Shown here piece by piece: positions 21,171-31,022 of a stretch of 64,000 nucleotides of DNA. Numbering within the stretch: the first letter of the stretch is position 1; the number at the start of each line of letters is the position of its first letter. The notes under the pieces are model-generated. The model saw only the letters and a list, made by a program, of their open reading frames with translations. It did no database searches and had not been told where the DNA came from. This DNA is from Vulcanimicrobiota bacterium (GTDB taxonomy: Bacteria; Vulcanimicrobiota; Vulcanimicrobiia; Vulcanimicrobiales; Vulcanimicrobiaceae). A program made the translations under genes and the position numbers. The stretch lies in assembly GCA_963786105.1 (NCBI GenBank), contig CAWAXX010000008.1:1-64000 (forward strand). Reading direction: 5' to 3'.

Positions 21171-21803
21171 ATGGGCGTCAGTGCCATCGAAAAGCCGGCG
21201 ACGGAGCGGCAGCGCCGCATCCTGGACGCCATCGCCGAGTTCAAGGCGGAGCGGGGGTACCCGCCCTCGGTCCGCGAGATCGGCGAGCGAGTCGGCCTGT
21301 CGTCTTCGTCGACCATCCACGCACATCTGAAGGCGCTCGAGCGGCGCGGGCTCATTTCACGCGACCCGACCAAGCCGCGGGCGCTGCGCTCGGACTTCGA
21401 GCCGGCCGAGTCCAAGGCGGCCCGCGATGCGGTCGTCATGCCGATCCTCGGCAAGGTCGCGGCCGGCGTTCCGATTACGGCAGCGGAGAACGTCGAGGGA
21501 GAGTTCGTGCTGCCTGCCGGCTTCGTGCCGCGGGCTTCCAACGCGTTCATGCTCCGCGTTCAGGGCGATTCGATGGTCGATGCGGCCATTCTCGACGGCG
21601 ACCTGATCGTCGTTCGCCCGCAGCGGACGGCCGATAACGGCGAAGTCGTGGTGGCGATGCTCGACGGGGAAGCCACCGTCAAACGCTTCTATCGCGAGAA
21701 GAGCCGAATCCGGCTTCAGCCGGAGAATCGGAGCATGGCGCCAATCTACGCGAGCGATGTCGAGATCATCGGCCGCGTCGAAGCCGTCGTCCGCCGGCTC
21801 TAA
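21171..21803 (+). CDS. lexA: SOS repressor LexA
   Basis: GYPPSVREI, HL.ALE..G.I.R, G.VAAG.P cleavage site, GDSM catalytic Ser, TVK catalytic Lys. Confidence 0.96.
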   Translation: MGVSAIEKPATERQRRILDAIAEFKAERGYPPSVREIGERVGLSSSSTIHAHLKALERRGLISRDPTKPRALRSDFEPAESKAARDAVVMPILGKVAAGVPITAAENVEGEFVLPAGFVPRASNAFMLRVQGDSMVDAAILDGDLIVVRPQRTADNGEVVVAMLDGEATVKRFYREKSRIRLQPENRSMAPIYASDVEIIGRVEAVVRRL

Positions 21804-21846
21804 GCCCTCGAAGGGATTCCTCTGGTTCGAACGGCGAGCCGTTCCG

Positions 21847-22984
21847 GTGATGCGCCGGATCGGCGACCTGCCGTTCGTCGCCGCCGTGCGCTACGCGCTG
21901 CCCTGGAGTTTCATCGGGCTCGGCGCGGCGTTCACCGCCGTCATCGCCATCCAGCTGCGCGACCGGGACGTTTGCCGGTCCGTCGCTCGGACTGAGAATC
22001 GCTGACGCACTTCTGCCGGCTTTCGGCGTTATGGCGGCGACGTTGGTGGTGCTGCTGGCGTTGCGGTTGGCCCGCGCTGCCGCCTATCCGACGCTCCCGA
22101 CGCTGCTCGGAAGCGTGGCCTGCTTTGCCCTGGCGCTGCCCCAGCCGTTCGGTTCGGATCCTATCGCGTATTTGCGCGTGCTCGGTGCCTCGGGACTCTT
22201 CCTCGCGATCTTGGCAGTCGGCGTGACGGCGGCGTGGACCTCGCTGCTCCGTCGCGGACTCGACGCGACGCTTGCCGGCTGGATCGGCCCGGCGTTGGCG
22301 GTCGCGACGTTCGCGGCGCTGGCGCTGGCGCACGTTTCGCTGGCGGCCGGCATCGGCGCGGCCATGCAGCCGATATCGCGGCTCGGCGATACGTACGTCG
22401 CGCTGGTGGTGATCGTTTTAGCGCAGACGTTGCTGTGGACGACCGGCGTGCACGGTCCGGCCGTGCTGGCCACCGTCGTCACGCCGGTGTATCTCACGAT
22501 GCAGATGCAAAACACGCACGCGTTCGCGACGCACGCGCCGCTGCCGTTCGTCGTCGTCGTCTCGCTCTTCTTGTTCGTCTTCCCGGGAGGCGCCGGCGCC
22601 ACGCTGCCGCTCGCGGCGCTCTTGGCGATCTCGCGGGTACCGCGTTTGCGCCGGATCGGGCGCATCACGTTGCTCCCGGCGCTGTTCAACATCAACGATC
22701 CGTTGATCTTCGGAGCGCCGGTCGTTTTCAATCCGTATCTGGTGATTCCGTTCGTGCTTGCCCCGCTCGTCTTGGCGACGTTGACCTACGTCGTCGTGGC
22801 CTCCGGGCTGGTGTCGCGGGCAGCTTTTTACGTGCCGTCGTCGGTGCCGACGCTTGTCTCGACGTACGTCGCCACCCAAGACGTCCGCGCGATCGCACTC
22901 GCGTTGACGAACATCGCGCTCGCCGCCGTGATTTACTATCCGTTCGTTCGCGCCTACGAACGTCACCTCGCGATTGCCGCATGA
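21847..22984 (+). CDS. PTS sugar transporter EIIC (cellobiose/lactose family), +1 frameshift near 21960; start uncertain
   Basis: LW..GVHG, GG.GATL.L, P.LFNIN.P.IFG.PVV.NP and IYYPFV motifs. Confidence 0.8.
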
Positions 22985-24230
22985 TCGAAGATCTGTGCGC
23001 ACGATTCGCCATCGGCGGCCGGATTCGCGACGCAGCGTTAGTCGCGCGGCAACGAACCGCGGCGATATCGTACGAGGCGCAGCGCGATGTCGCGCTCAAC
23101 GTATTGCAAGCGTTCGTCGACGAAGGCATCTCGGAGAGCGATTTGCAGGGTTCGACCGGCTACGGTTACGACGACGCCGCGCGCGCCGGCTACGAATCGC
23201 TGCTGGCGCGCACGTTCGGAGCCGAACGCGTACTGGCGCGGCTGTCGATCGTCAGCGGGACCCAAGCCATCATCGCCGCAATCGCCGCCTGTACGCGCAC
23301 CCGGCGCCACCCTGGTCTCCGTCTCGGGACGGCCGTACGACACGCTGCGCAACGCGATCTGCGACGCGCCGCACTCGCTCGTCGCGCAGGGCGTGGCATA
23401 TCGCGAAATTCCGCTGGACGAAGCGGGGACGATCGATCTCGCGGCCGTCGCGCGCGCGCTAGAAACGAACGAATCGTGCACGCTTTTCGTTCAGCGTTCG
23501 CGCGGATACGCGCCGCGCCGTTCGCTGACGATTGCGGAGTGCGCGCGCGCCTTCGCTCGCCATCAAGGCAATCGCGCCGGAGGCCGTCATTCTCGTCGAC
23601 AACTGCTACGGCGAACTGGTCGAAGCCCGCGAGCCCACGCACGTCGGGGCGGATTTGGTGATGGGATCGCTCATCAAGAACCTCGGCGGATCGCTCGCTC
23701 CGGCTGGGGGCTACGTCGCGGGCCGCGCCGACCTCGTCGAACGCGTCGCCGCGCGCCTGTACGCACCCGGCCTCGGAGGCGCGCTCGGTCCGTCGCTGGG
23801 CTTCGGACGAACGCTCGTGCAAGGGCTCTTTCTTGCGCCGCTCGTCGTCGAACAGTGTCTGCGGGGCCTCGATTTCGCGGCGGCGTTGTTCGACGAACTG
23901 GGGTATCGTGTGGATCCAAAGCCGGGCGAGCCGCGCACCGACATCGTGCAAGCGATTCGGCTGGGGTCGCCGGAGCTGCTCGCGCGCTTTGCCTCCGGCT
24001 TGCAGGCGGCCATGCCGGTGAACGCGCGCTTTCGTCCCGAACCGGGGCCGGTGCCCGGTTACGCCGAGCCGGTCATCATGTCGAGCGGTGCGTTCGTTGC
24101 CGGTGCCACCATCGAACTGTCGTGTGACGCGCCGATGCGGCCGCCCTACGAAGTCTATCTCCAAGGCGGCGTGACGGCAGCGCACGCGTATCTTGGCGCG
24201 CTCTTTGCGGCGCGTGCGCTCGAGCAATGA
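22981..24230 (+). CDS. Methionine gamma-lyase family PLP protein (YnbB/aluminium-resistance type), two +1 frameshifts (near 23295 and 23555)
   Basis: STGYGYDD, VSGT.AI, GRPYDTL, QRSRGY, VDNCYGE, GSLIKNLGG, GATIELS.D.P motifs across three frames. Confidence 0.85.
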
Positions 24231-24556
24231 AAAATCGTCCGCTCATAGAAGGCCTGACGTCGATGTATCTGCTCGAGGTGCTCAGCGGCCCACTCGACGG
24301 CAAGACGTGGAGGTTCGAGCGCGAGATTACCATTGGGCGCGATGACGCCGTAGCCGACGCCTGTATCGGCCTCGATCGTTACGTCTCGCGCAAGCACGCA
24401 CGACTGTGGGTCCACGACGGTTCGGTTCTGCTCGCCGACCTCGAGAGCCGCAACGGAACCAAACTCAACGGCCGGCCGGTCGCCGGCGACGTCGCGCTTC
24501 CGTTTGGCACGCCGTTCACCGTGGGGCGCACGGTGCTGCGAGTAACGCGCGCTTAG
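24227..24556 (+). CDS. Stand-alone FHA domain protein
   Basis: IGR, VSRKHA, DL.SRNGT.LNG motifs. Confidence 0.88.
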   Translation: MKNRPLIEGLTSMYLLEVLSGPLDGKTWRFEREITIGRDDAVADACIGLDRYVSRKHARLWVHDGSVLLADLESRNGTKLNGRPVAGDVALPFGTPFTVGRTVLRVTRA

Positions 24557-24565
24557 GCGGACAGC

Positions 24566-25414
24566 ATGCAAATCGCCACGACGCTCGCGCAGGCACGCGC
24601 GCTCTTCGACGCGCTGCCTCGCCCAGTCGGATTCGTTCCGACCATGGGCGCGCTGCACGCCGGCCACGTGCAGCTGATCCAAACCGCGCGGCGTCAGTGC
24701 GCGTCGGTGGGCGTTTCGGTGTTCGTCAATCCGCTGCAGTTCGGTCCCAGTGAAGACTTTGAGAAATACCCGCGCGATCTCGCGGCCGATCGAAGAACGC
24801 TGGCGCAGGCCGGCGTCGACGCGCTCTTCGCTCCGGATACGGCGACGGTGTATCCACCGGGTTTTACGACCTCCGTCGACGTCGGAGCCGTTGGAGCAAC
24901 GTTCGAAGGCGTCGTTCGCCCGAACCACTTCCGCGGTGTCGCGACGGTCGTCGCGAAGTTGCTGCACGTCGTCCGGCCCGACGTGCTCTACCTCGGGCAG
25001 AAAGACGCCCAACAAACGTGGGTGCTGCGCAAGATGATCGCCGATCTCGAGTTTCCCGTCGCCGTCGAGATCGTCCCCACGATGCGCGAACGCGACGGGC
25101 TGGCGATGTCGAGCCGAAACGCGTATCTCAGCGCCGAGCAGCGCGCGCAGGCCGCTTCCCTCTACCGCGCGCTGGTGGCTTTGCGCGAAGCGCTCGCGCG
25201 CGGCGTTTCCAAAGCGGAGGCGGTCGGCCTCGCGCGCGCGACCCTGAGCCCGCTCGCAACGCCGGATTACCTCGAGGTCGTCGACGCCGATTCGTTCGAG
25301 CCAATCGAAAGCCTGGTGCCGCCCGCATACGTCATCGGCGCCGCGCGCTTTGGCGGCACGCGGTTGATCGATAACCTCTTCGTCGCTGCCGATCGCCTCG
25401 AGACGACGGCGTGA
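24566..25414 (+). CDS. panC: Pantoate--beta-alanine ligase
   Basis: FVPTMGALHAGH, FVNPLQF, RP.HF.GV, GQKDAQQ, GLAMSSRN, RLIDN. Confidence 0.96.
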   Translation: MQIATTLAQARALFDALPRPVGFVPTMGALHAGHVQLIQTARRQCASVGVSVFVNPLQFGPSEDFEKYPRDLAADRRTLAQAGVDALFAPDTATVYPPGFTTSVDVGAVGATFEGVVRPNHFRGVATVVAKLLHVVRPDVLYLGQKDAQQTWVLRKMIADLEFPVAVEIVPTMRERDGLAMSSRNAYLSAEQRAQAASLYRALVALREALARGVSKAEAVGLARATLSPLATPDYLEVVDADSFEPIESLVPPAYVIGAARFGGTRLIDNLFVAADRLETTA

Positions 25415-26601
25415 TGAACGGCGCGCGCATTTTCCTCGGCGTGACCGGCGGCATCGCGGCGTACAAAGCGGCCGCGCTGACCAGCACGCTCGTTCAACGC
25501 GGCGCGGTCGTCGACGTCGTGTTGACGGCAGAGGCGGAGCGGTTCGTCGGAGCGCTCACGTTTTCGTCGCTGACCTCTCGGCCGGCGTACGTTTCGCTCT
25601 GGGACATGCCGGAACGTATTCCGCACATTCGATTGGTGCGTGAGGCCGACGTTGCCGTCGTGGCGCCGGCGACCGCGAACGTCATCGCGAAACTGGCGCA
25701 CGGCATCGCCGACGATCTGCTCACCACCGCGCTGCTGGCCGCGCGAATTCCGGTGCTGCTCGCACCGGCGATGAACGACGCTATGTACGCGCACGCCGCG
25801 ACGCGCGAGAATCTCGCCACGCTGCTCGCGCGCGGCTACGAGATCGTCGAGCCGGAGCGCGGCTATCTCGCCGAAGGGGAAAGCGGCGTCGGCAGGCTCG
25901 CGTCGGAAGAGCGGCTGGTCGAAGCGATCGGGCGGACTCTCGCGCGCCGCCGTTCGCTGACGGGTAAGCGCGTCGCCATAACCGGCGGCCCGACGCGCGA
26001 AGCGTTCGATCCGGTGCGTTTCGTGAGCAATGCCTCAACCGGAGCGATGGGCATCGCCCTGGCGCGCGAAGCCGCGCTGCGCGGTGCGAGCGTCACGCTA
26101 TTACTCGGACCGACGCTGCTCGAACCGCCGGCCGGCGTCGACGTCGTGCGCGTAACCACCGCGCGCGATCTGTACGATGCCGCGCTGACGCACGCCGTCG
26201 GCGCAGACTTGGTCGTCGCCAGCGCCGCGGTCGCGGACTGGCGTCCCGAAAGCCCGTCCGCGTCGAAAGCGAAGAAGACCGACGCGGATCTGGTGGCGCG
26301 CATGGTGCGCAACCCCGACGTGCTGGCTGCGCTGGGCGAGCGCAAGGGGAAGAGCTTTCTGGTGGGCTTTGCGGCCGAAACCGACGATCACGAGCGCAAC
26401 GCGCGCGAAAAACTCGCGCGCAAGAGCCTCGACGCGATTGCCGTCAACGACGTGCGCGGCGAGCGCGGATTCGGAACCGGCGAAAACACCCTGACGCTGC
26501 TCTGGGGTACCGACCAGCGGCGCGACTTGGGCACCGGCGACAAAACCGTGCTGGCGGCGCGATTGCTCGATGCCGTCGAGGAGTTGATGGAATGCTCTTA
26601 G
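25411..26601 (+). CDS. coaBC: Bifunctional phosphopantothenoylcysteine decarboxylase/ligase
   Basis: GVTGGIAAYK, APATAN, APAMN, GPTRE..DPVRF.SN.STG.MG, VGFAAET. Confidence 0.95.
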   Translation: MMNGARIFLGVTGGIAAYKAAALTSTLVQRGAVVDVVLTAEAERFVGALTFSSLTSRPAYVSLWDMPERIPHIRLVREADVAVVAPATANVIAKLAHGIADDLLTTALLAARIPVLLAPAMNDAMYAHAATRENLATLLARGYEIVEPERGYLAEGESGVGRLASEERLVEAIGRTLARRRSLTGKRVAITGGPTREAFDPVRFVSNASTGAMGIALAREAALRGASVTLLLGPTLLEPPAGVDVVRVTTARDLYDAALTHAVGADLVVASAAVADWRPESPSASKAKKTDADLVARMVRNPDVLAALGERKGKSFLVGFAAETDDHERNAREKLARKSLDAIAVNDVRGERGFGTGENTLTLLWGTDQRRDLGTGDKTVLAARLLDAVEELMECS

Positions 26602-27365
26602 CCATCGACGTCGGCAACACCGAGACGAAACTCGGATGTTTCACCGACGCCGGCGAGTTGGCGCGTACGTGGCGCGTGACGACCGAGCTGCGGCGTACTC
26701 CGGACGAATACGGCGTGTTTTTCACGCAGTTGTTCGCCACCGGCGGCGTCGACGTCGCCGCGATCGACGCCGTGGCGATCGCGAGCGTCGTTCCTAAGCT
26801 CGATCTCGCGCTCGACGCCGTGTGTCGCCGGCACTTCAACGTGACGCCGTGGTTCTTGCAACCGCAGGCGCAAACGCTCATTCCGATCGCGACCGAGTAT
26901 CCGGCGGAATCGGGCGCGGATTTGGTGGCGGCCGCGATCGGCGGACGGGCGCGCTTCGGAACTCCGCTCATCGTCGTGAGCTACGGAACGGCCACGGTGT
27001 TCATCGCGATTTCGAGCGCCGGCGAGTATCTCGGCGTGGCGATCGCTCCGGGGATTACGATTTCGATCGACGCGCTGGTAGGCCGCACGGCCAAACTGCC
27101 CCAGGTCGCGCTGGAAGCGCCCGAACACACGATCGGACGCACGACCGTCGCCGCGCTGCAAGCCGGTATCGTGTACGGCTTTGCCGGCCAGACCGAAGCG
27201 CTCGTGGCGCGCATGCGCGCCGAGTTGGGATCTCCCGCGAAGGTCGTCGCGACCGGCGGCCTCGCCGAACTGTTTGCCAAGCAGACGCCGGTCGTCGATG
27301 CGGTCGATCCGCATCTTAGTCTCGTGGGGCTGCGTCTGTTCTACGAGTCCATCCGCGTACGATAG
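26592..27365 (+). CDS. coaX: Type III pantothenate kinase
   Basis: LAIDVGNT, SVVP, GAD, GTAT, ATGG.A motifs. Confidence 0.93.
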   Translation: MLLAIDVGNTETKLGCFTDAGELARTWRVTTELRRTPDEYGVFFTQLFATGGVDVAAIDAVAIASVVPKLDLALDAVCRRHFNVTPWFLQPQAQTLIPIATEYPAESGADLVAAAIGGRARFGTPLIVVSYGTATVFIAISSAGEYLGVAIAPGITISIDALVGRTAKLPQVALEAPEHTIGRTTVAALQAGIVYGFAGQTEALVARMRAELGSPAKVVATGGLAELFAKQTPVVDAVDPHLSLVGLRLFYESIRVR

Positions 27366-27377
27366 TCACGTCCGACG

Positions 27378-28029
27378 GTGAGCGTGCGCGTCTACGTTTT
27401 GCTTTTTTGCCTGACGTTGGTGGCCGGCTACGCCGACGCCGTGGCTTTTTTCTCGCTCGGCGTGTTCACCGCCAACATGACCGGTAACACCGTTTTGCTT
27501 GGCGGCGCCATCGTCGCGTTCTTCGTGCCGACACTGCGCGGAAGCATCGGCGTAGCGCTACCGGCACTTTCCTTGGCCGCGTTCGTCGGCGGTGCGTGGG
27601 CGGCGGCGCGTTTCTTGCGCGCCGAGCGGGGGCGACCGCCGTTACGGACCTCGTTGGTGCTGTCGCTGCTTGCCGTCATGTTGGCGGTTGCGGCCGCCCT
27701 TCGACACTGGGGTGCCGAACAGACCGTGCCCGCGACCGTCGCACTCCTTTCGGCGGTGATGGGAGCGCAAAGCGTCGTGGCGGTACGCGCCGGCGTAACT
27801 GGGGTGACGACGACGTTCGTAACCGGAACGCTGGTGTGCTCGATCATGGCCTTGGCGGGGAATGCCGTTCGTACGGAGGCGCTGCAGGCGCGAAGGCCGT
27901 ACCAATGCGGCCGTGTGGGCGTTCTATCTCGGCGGCGCCGTGATCGGTGCGCTCGCTCTGAAAATCCTCGGGTCGAACGCACTTTGGCTGCCCGCAGCCG
28001 TAGTGGCGCTCTTACTCGCCGTGGTATAG
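27378..28029 (+). CDS. YoaK/DUF1275 family membrane protein (+1 frameshift near 27890)
   Basis: AGY.DA, FTANMTGN, MG.Q, TT.VTGTL; the corrected frame continues AVWAFYLGGAVIGA to TAG at 28029. Confidence 0.82.
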
Positions 28030-28040
28030 TATTTTCCGCC

Positions 28041-29041
28041 ATGGCGTTCGCCACGTTGAAAATCGGTCCGATCGAGATCTGGCCGCCTTTGATCCTCGCC
28101 CCGATGTCCGGCGTCACCAACCGGACGATGCGCGCGTTGTACAAGCCTTTCGGATTGGGATTGACGGTTACCGAGTTCGTTTCAGCCAACGCGCTCGAGT
28201 ACGGCAGCCGGCGTACGATGGAAATGATCGACCAGCACGGGCTTGAGACGGCCGGTTTCGACCCAGTTGTGGGGCGACGATCCGCGCGTCATGGCGCGCG
28301 CCGCCAAAGTCGTCCGCGAATGCGGTGCCGACATCGTCGACATCAACTTCGGCTGTCCGGCGCCCAAGGTGACCAAAACCAACGGTGGATCCGCCTGCTT
28401 GCGCGATCCCGACCGCTGCGAGGAGATCATGCGCGCGGTCGTCGGACGCCGTCGACTGTCCGGTGACGATGAAGATGCGACTCGGCTGGACGGAAAGCCA
28501 ACTCGTGTACGTCGACGTGGCCAAGCGCGCGCAGAATGCGGGCGTGCAGGCCGTGACGCTGCACGCGCGTACCGCCAAGCAATTCTACAAAGGTGACGCC
28601 GACTGGGAGCATATCGCGCGTCTCAAGCGCAGCGTCGACATTCCGGTGATCGGCAACGGCGATCTCGACGATCCTGCGCGCGCCATCGAGCGAATGCGCG
28701 AGAGCGGCGTCGACGGGATCATGCTCGGGCGGGCCACGTTGGGCAATCCATGGCTTATTTCGCAGATTTGCGACCTCATGGAAGGACGTGCCGCGCGCCC
28801 GTCGCCGGCACCACCGGACCGCTTGCGTTTTTGCCTGGTGCACTATCGCACCATGCTCGACGAATTGGGTGAAGCTCGCGCGGTCCCGCAGATGCGCAAG
28901 CACGTCGCCCTGTACCTCAAGGGTATACCCGGCGCCGCGGCCTTGCGCGAACGCCTCATGCGCCTCGATCGTTCGGCCGACGCGGTGGCGTTGATCGAGT
29001 CCACGATCGCGAGACTCGAATCGACGCCGGTCGCGGCGTGA
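28041..29041 (+). CDS. tRNA-dihydrouridine synthase (DusB-like), two +1 frameshifts (near 28250 and 28445)
   Basis: LAPMSGVT, TEFVS, DINFGCP, K.RLGW, HART, IPVIGNGD, GR..LGNPW. Confidence 0.88.
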
Positions 29042-30294
29042 CGGACTCGTCGATCGATCTGGCGGCCGAGGCGTTCGAGAACTACAAACGGTTCGTCAAC
29101 CCGCCGCTCGCGCGCGTGATGAAGCTCTCGGGGTCGCCGGTGGAAGTGCGCGCCCGCGGCTGCACGATTTGGGATCAGAACGGCAAGGCCTATCTCGATT
29201 TTGCCGGCGGATACGGCGTCTTTACGCTGGGCCACTCGCATCCGCGCGTACTCGCGGCGGTGCGCGCGCAGATGGAGCTGATGTCGTTGTCGGGCAAAAC
29301 GATGTTCAACGTGGTGCTCGGGCGGGCGGCCCGCCGGCTCGCTGAGATCGCGCCGGGCGATCTGCAGATTTCGTTTTGGTGTAACAGCGGAACGGAAGCC
29401 ATCGAAGGTGCGATCAAACTCGCCCGCGCGGCGACGGGCCGGGCAAAAATCGTCAGCACGATCGACGCGTTCCATGGCAAGACCATGGGTGCGCTTTCGA
29501 TCAGCGGCCGGGAGACGTTCCAAACACCGTTTCGTCCGCTGCTCGAGGGATTCGCACACGTCGCCTACGCCGATACTACCGGTCTCGACGATGCGCTGAG
29601 CGATGCGGCGGCCTTCGTCGTCGAACCGGTTCAAGGCGAAGGCGGCGTCAACGTGCCGCCGGTGGGGTATTTGCGAGCGGTACGCGAGGCATGCGATCGC
29701 ACCGGAGCGCTCTTCATCGCCGATGAGGTCCAAACCGGGCTGGGCCGATGCGGATACCGCTTTGCATGCGATCGCGAGGGCGTCGTCCCGGACGTGATGA
29801 CGCTGGCCAAGGGGCTGTCCGGCGGCATCGTGCCGGTGGGGGCATTTATCGCACGCCACGAGGTCTGGAATCGCGGATTCGGAAAAGCACCGCTGTTACA
29901 TACGTCGACGTTTGGAGGCAACGAGCTGGCGTGCGCCGCGGCGCTGGCCGCGATGGAGGCGCTTGAAGAGGACGGGCTGATCGACAACGCGCGGATACGC
30001 GGCGAGCAGTTGCTGGCCGGCGCCCGCGAGCTGGCCGCGCAGTTTCCGGCGGTGGTCCGCGAAGCACGCGGCCTGGGGCTTGTCGTCGGCGTCGAGCTCA
30101 CGCACGAAGGGTACGGCGGCTGGATCATTCCTGAAATGCTCAAAGCCGGCGTCACCGCCGCGTGGACGTTGAACTTGCAGCGAGTCATTCGCATGGAGCC
30201 GCCGCTGATCGTCACCGCCGAGGAAGTCGATCGAGCACTGGCCGCACTGCGGGCAGGGGTGACAACCGCCTACGAGAAGCTCGGCGTCCTCTAG
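29038..30294 (+). CDS. Class III PLP aminotransferase (putrescine/acetylornithine-like)
   Basis: YLDF.GGYG, NSGTEA.E, FHGKT, EPVQGEGG, DEVQTGLGR, LAKGLSGG, HTSTFGGN. Confidence 0.92.
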   Translation: MTDSSIDLAAEAFENYKRFVNPPLARVMKLSGSPVEVRARGCTIWDQNGKAYLDFAGGYGVFTLGHSHPRVLAAVRAQMELMSLSGKTMFNVVLGRAARRLAEIAPGDLQISFWCNSGTEAIEGAIKLARAATGRAKIVSTIDAFHGKTMGALSISGRETFQTPFRPLLEGFAHVAYADTTGLDDALSDAAAFVVEPVQGEGGVNVPPVGYLRAVREACDRTGALFIADEVQTGLGRCGYRFACDREGVVPDVMTLAKGLSGGIVPVGAFIARHEVWNRGFGKAPLLHTSTFGGNELACAAALAAMEALEEDGLIDNARIRGEQLLAGARELAAQFPAVVREARGLGLVVGVELTHEGYGGWIIPEMLKAGVTAAWTLNLQRVIRMEPPLIVTAEEVDRALAALRAGVTTAYEKLGVL

Positions 30295-30314
30295 CATCTT
30301 AGGAGCTTGTCCAC

Positions 30315-30773
30315 ATACCCTACGTCGAAACCGCGATTGCCGTTGCCGCTCCGGCGCGAATCGTTTACGAACTCGCCAAGGAACAGGAACGCTTTCCGGA
30401 GTTCATGCCTGACGTCGAACTCGTGATCGTTCTCGAACGCCATCCCGACCGCGTCATTACGCGCTGGAAGACGCTGGTCGAGGAAGCTCCCATCGAGTGG
30501 ATCGAGGAGGACCGGTTCGACGATGAAGGACTGCGCATCGACTACAAGCTGTTGGAAGGCGACCTCGACAAGTTCGAGGGTGCGTGGACGTTCGTCGAAC
30601 GCGACGGCGCGACCGACGTGCTGCTCGGCGTCGACTACGACTTCGGCGTTCCGACGCTTGCCGAACTGATCGGCCCGACGTTGCAGAAAAAAGTCCGCGA
30701 GAACAGCGAAATGATGCTCGCGGCCCTCAAAAAGCAAGCTGAAGAAATTTCTCGGCGGGGTCGCGCAACATGA
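30315..30773 (+). CDS. SRPBCC/START (polyketide cyclase-like) lipid-binding protein, probable ATA start
   Basis: I.V.AP...VY....E.FPEFMP.V motif extends upstream of the listed ATG (30405); AGGAG lies 9 nt before an in-frame ATA; in-frame TAG at 30300. Confidence 0.8.
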   Translation: MPYVETAIAVAAPARIVYELAKEQERFPEFMPDVELVIVLERHPDRVITRWKTLVEEAPIEWIEEDRFDDEGLRIDYKLLEGDLDKFEGAWTFVERDGATDVLLGVDYDFGVPTLAELIGPTLQKKVRENSEMMLAALKKQAEEISRRGRAT

Positions 30774-30792
30774 ACGCTAACGCCGTAACGTT

Positions 30793-31020
30793 TGTTTGGG
30801 GCGCCCTAGGGGAATGCTTCAAGGCCGAGGCGCTTAAGCGCCGGATGGTCGGGGGCCTCGCGCGCGGGGGGCGCGGAGCCTGGGGCGAAGCGCCTTTCAG
30901 ACGTGTTTGGGGCGCCCTAGGGGAATGCTTCAAAGCCGAGACGCTTAAGCGCCCCATGGTTCGGGGGCCCCGCGCGCGCAGCGCGTGGGGGCGCGGAGGC
31001 TGGGCCGGAGCGCCTTACAA
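30793..31020 (+). repeat. Two tandem imperfect copies (period 111 bp) of a GC-rich REP-like element
   Basis: TGTTTGGGGCGCCCTAGGGGAATGCTTCAA at 30793 and 30904, similarity continuing to GGGGGCGCGGAG..TGGG.CG.AGCGCCTT. Confidence 0.9.
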
Positions 31021-31022
31021 CC

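Noticed and set aside
27378..28466. Apparent YoaK-Dus fusion ORF
   Set aside because: Produced by a +1 frameshift; the corrected YoaK stops at 28029 and dus has its own ATG at 28041.
30793..31020. Possible CRISPR array
   Set aside because: Only two units, similar along their whole length, with no unique spacers and no cas genes in the window.
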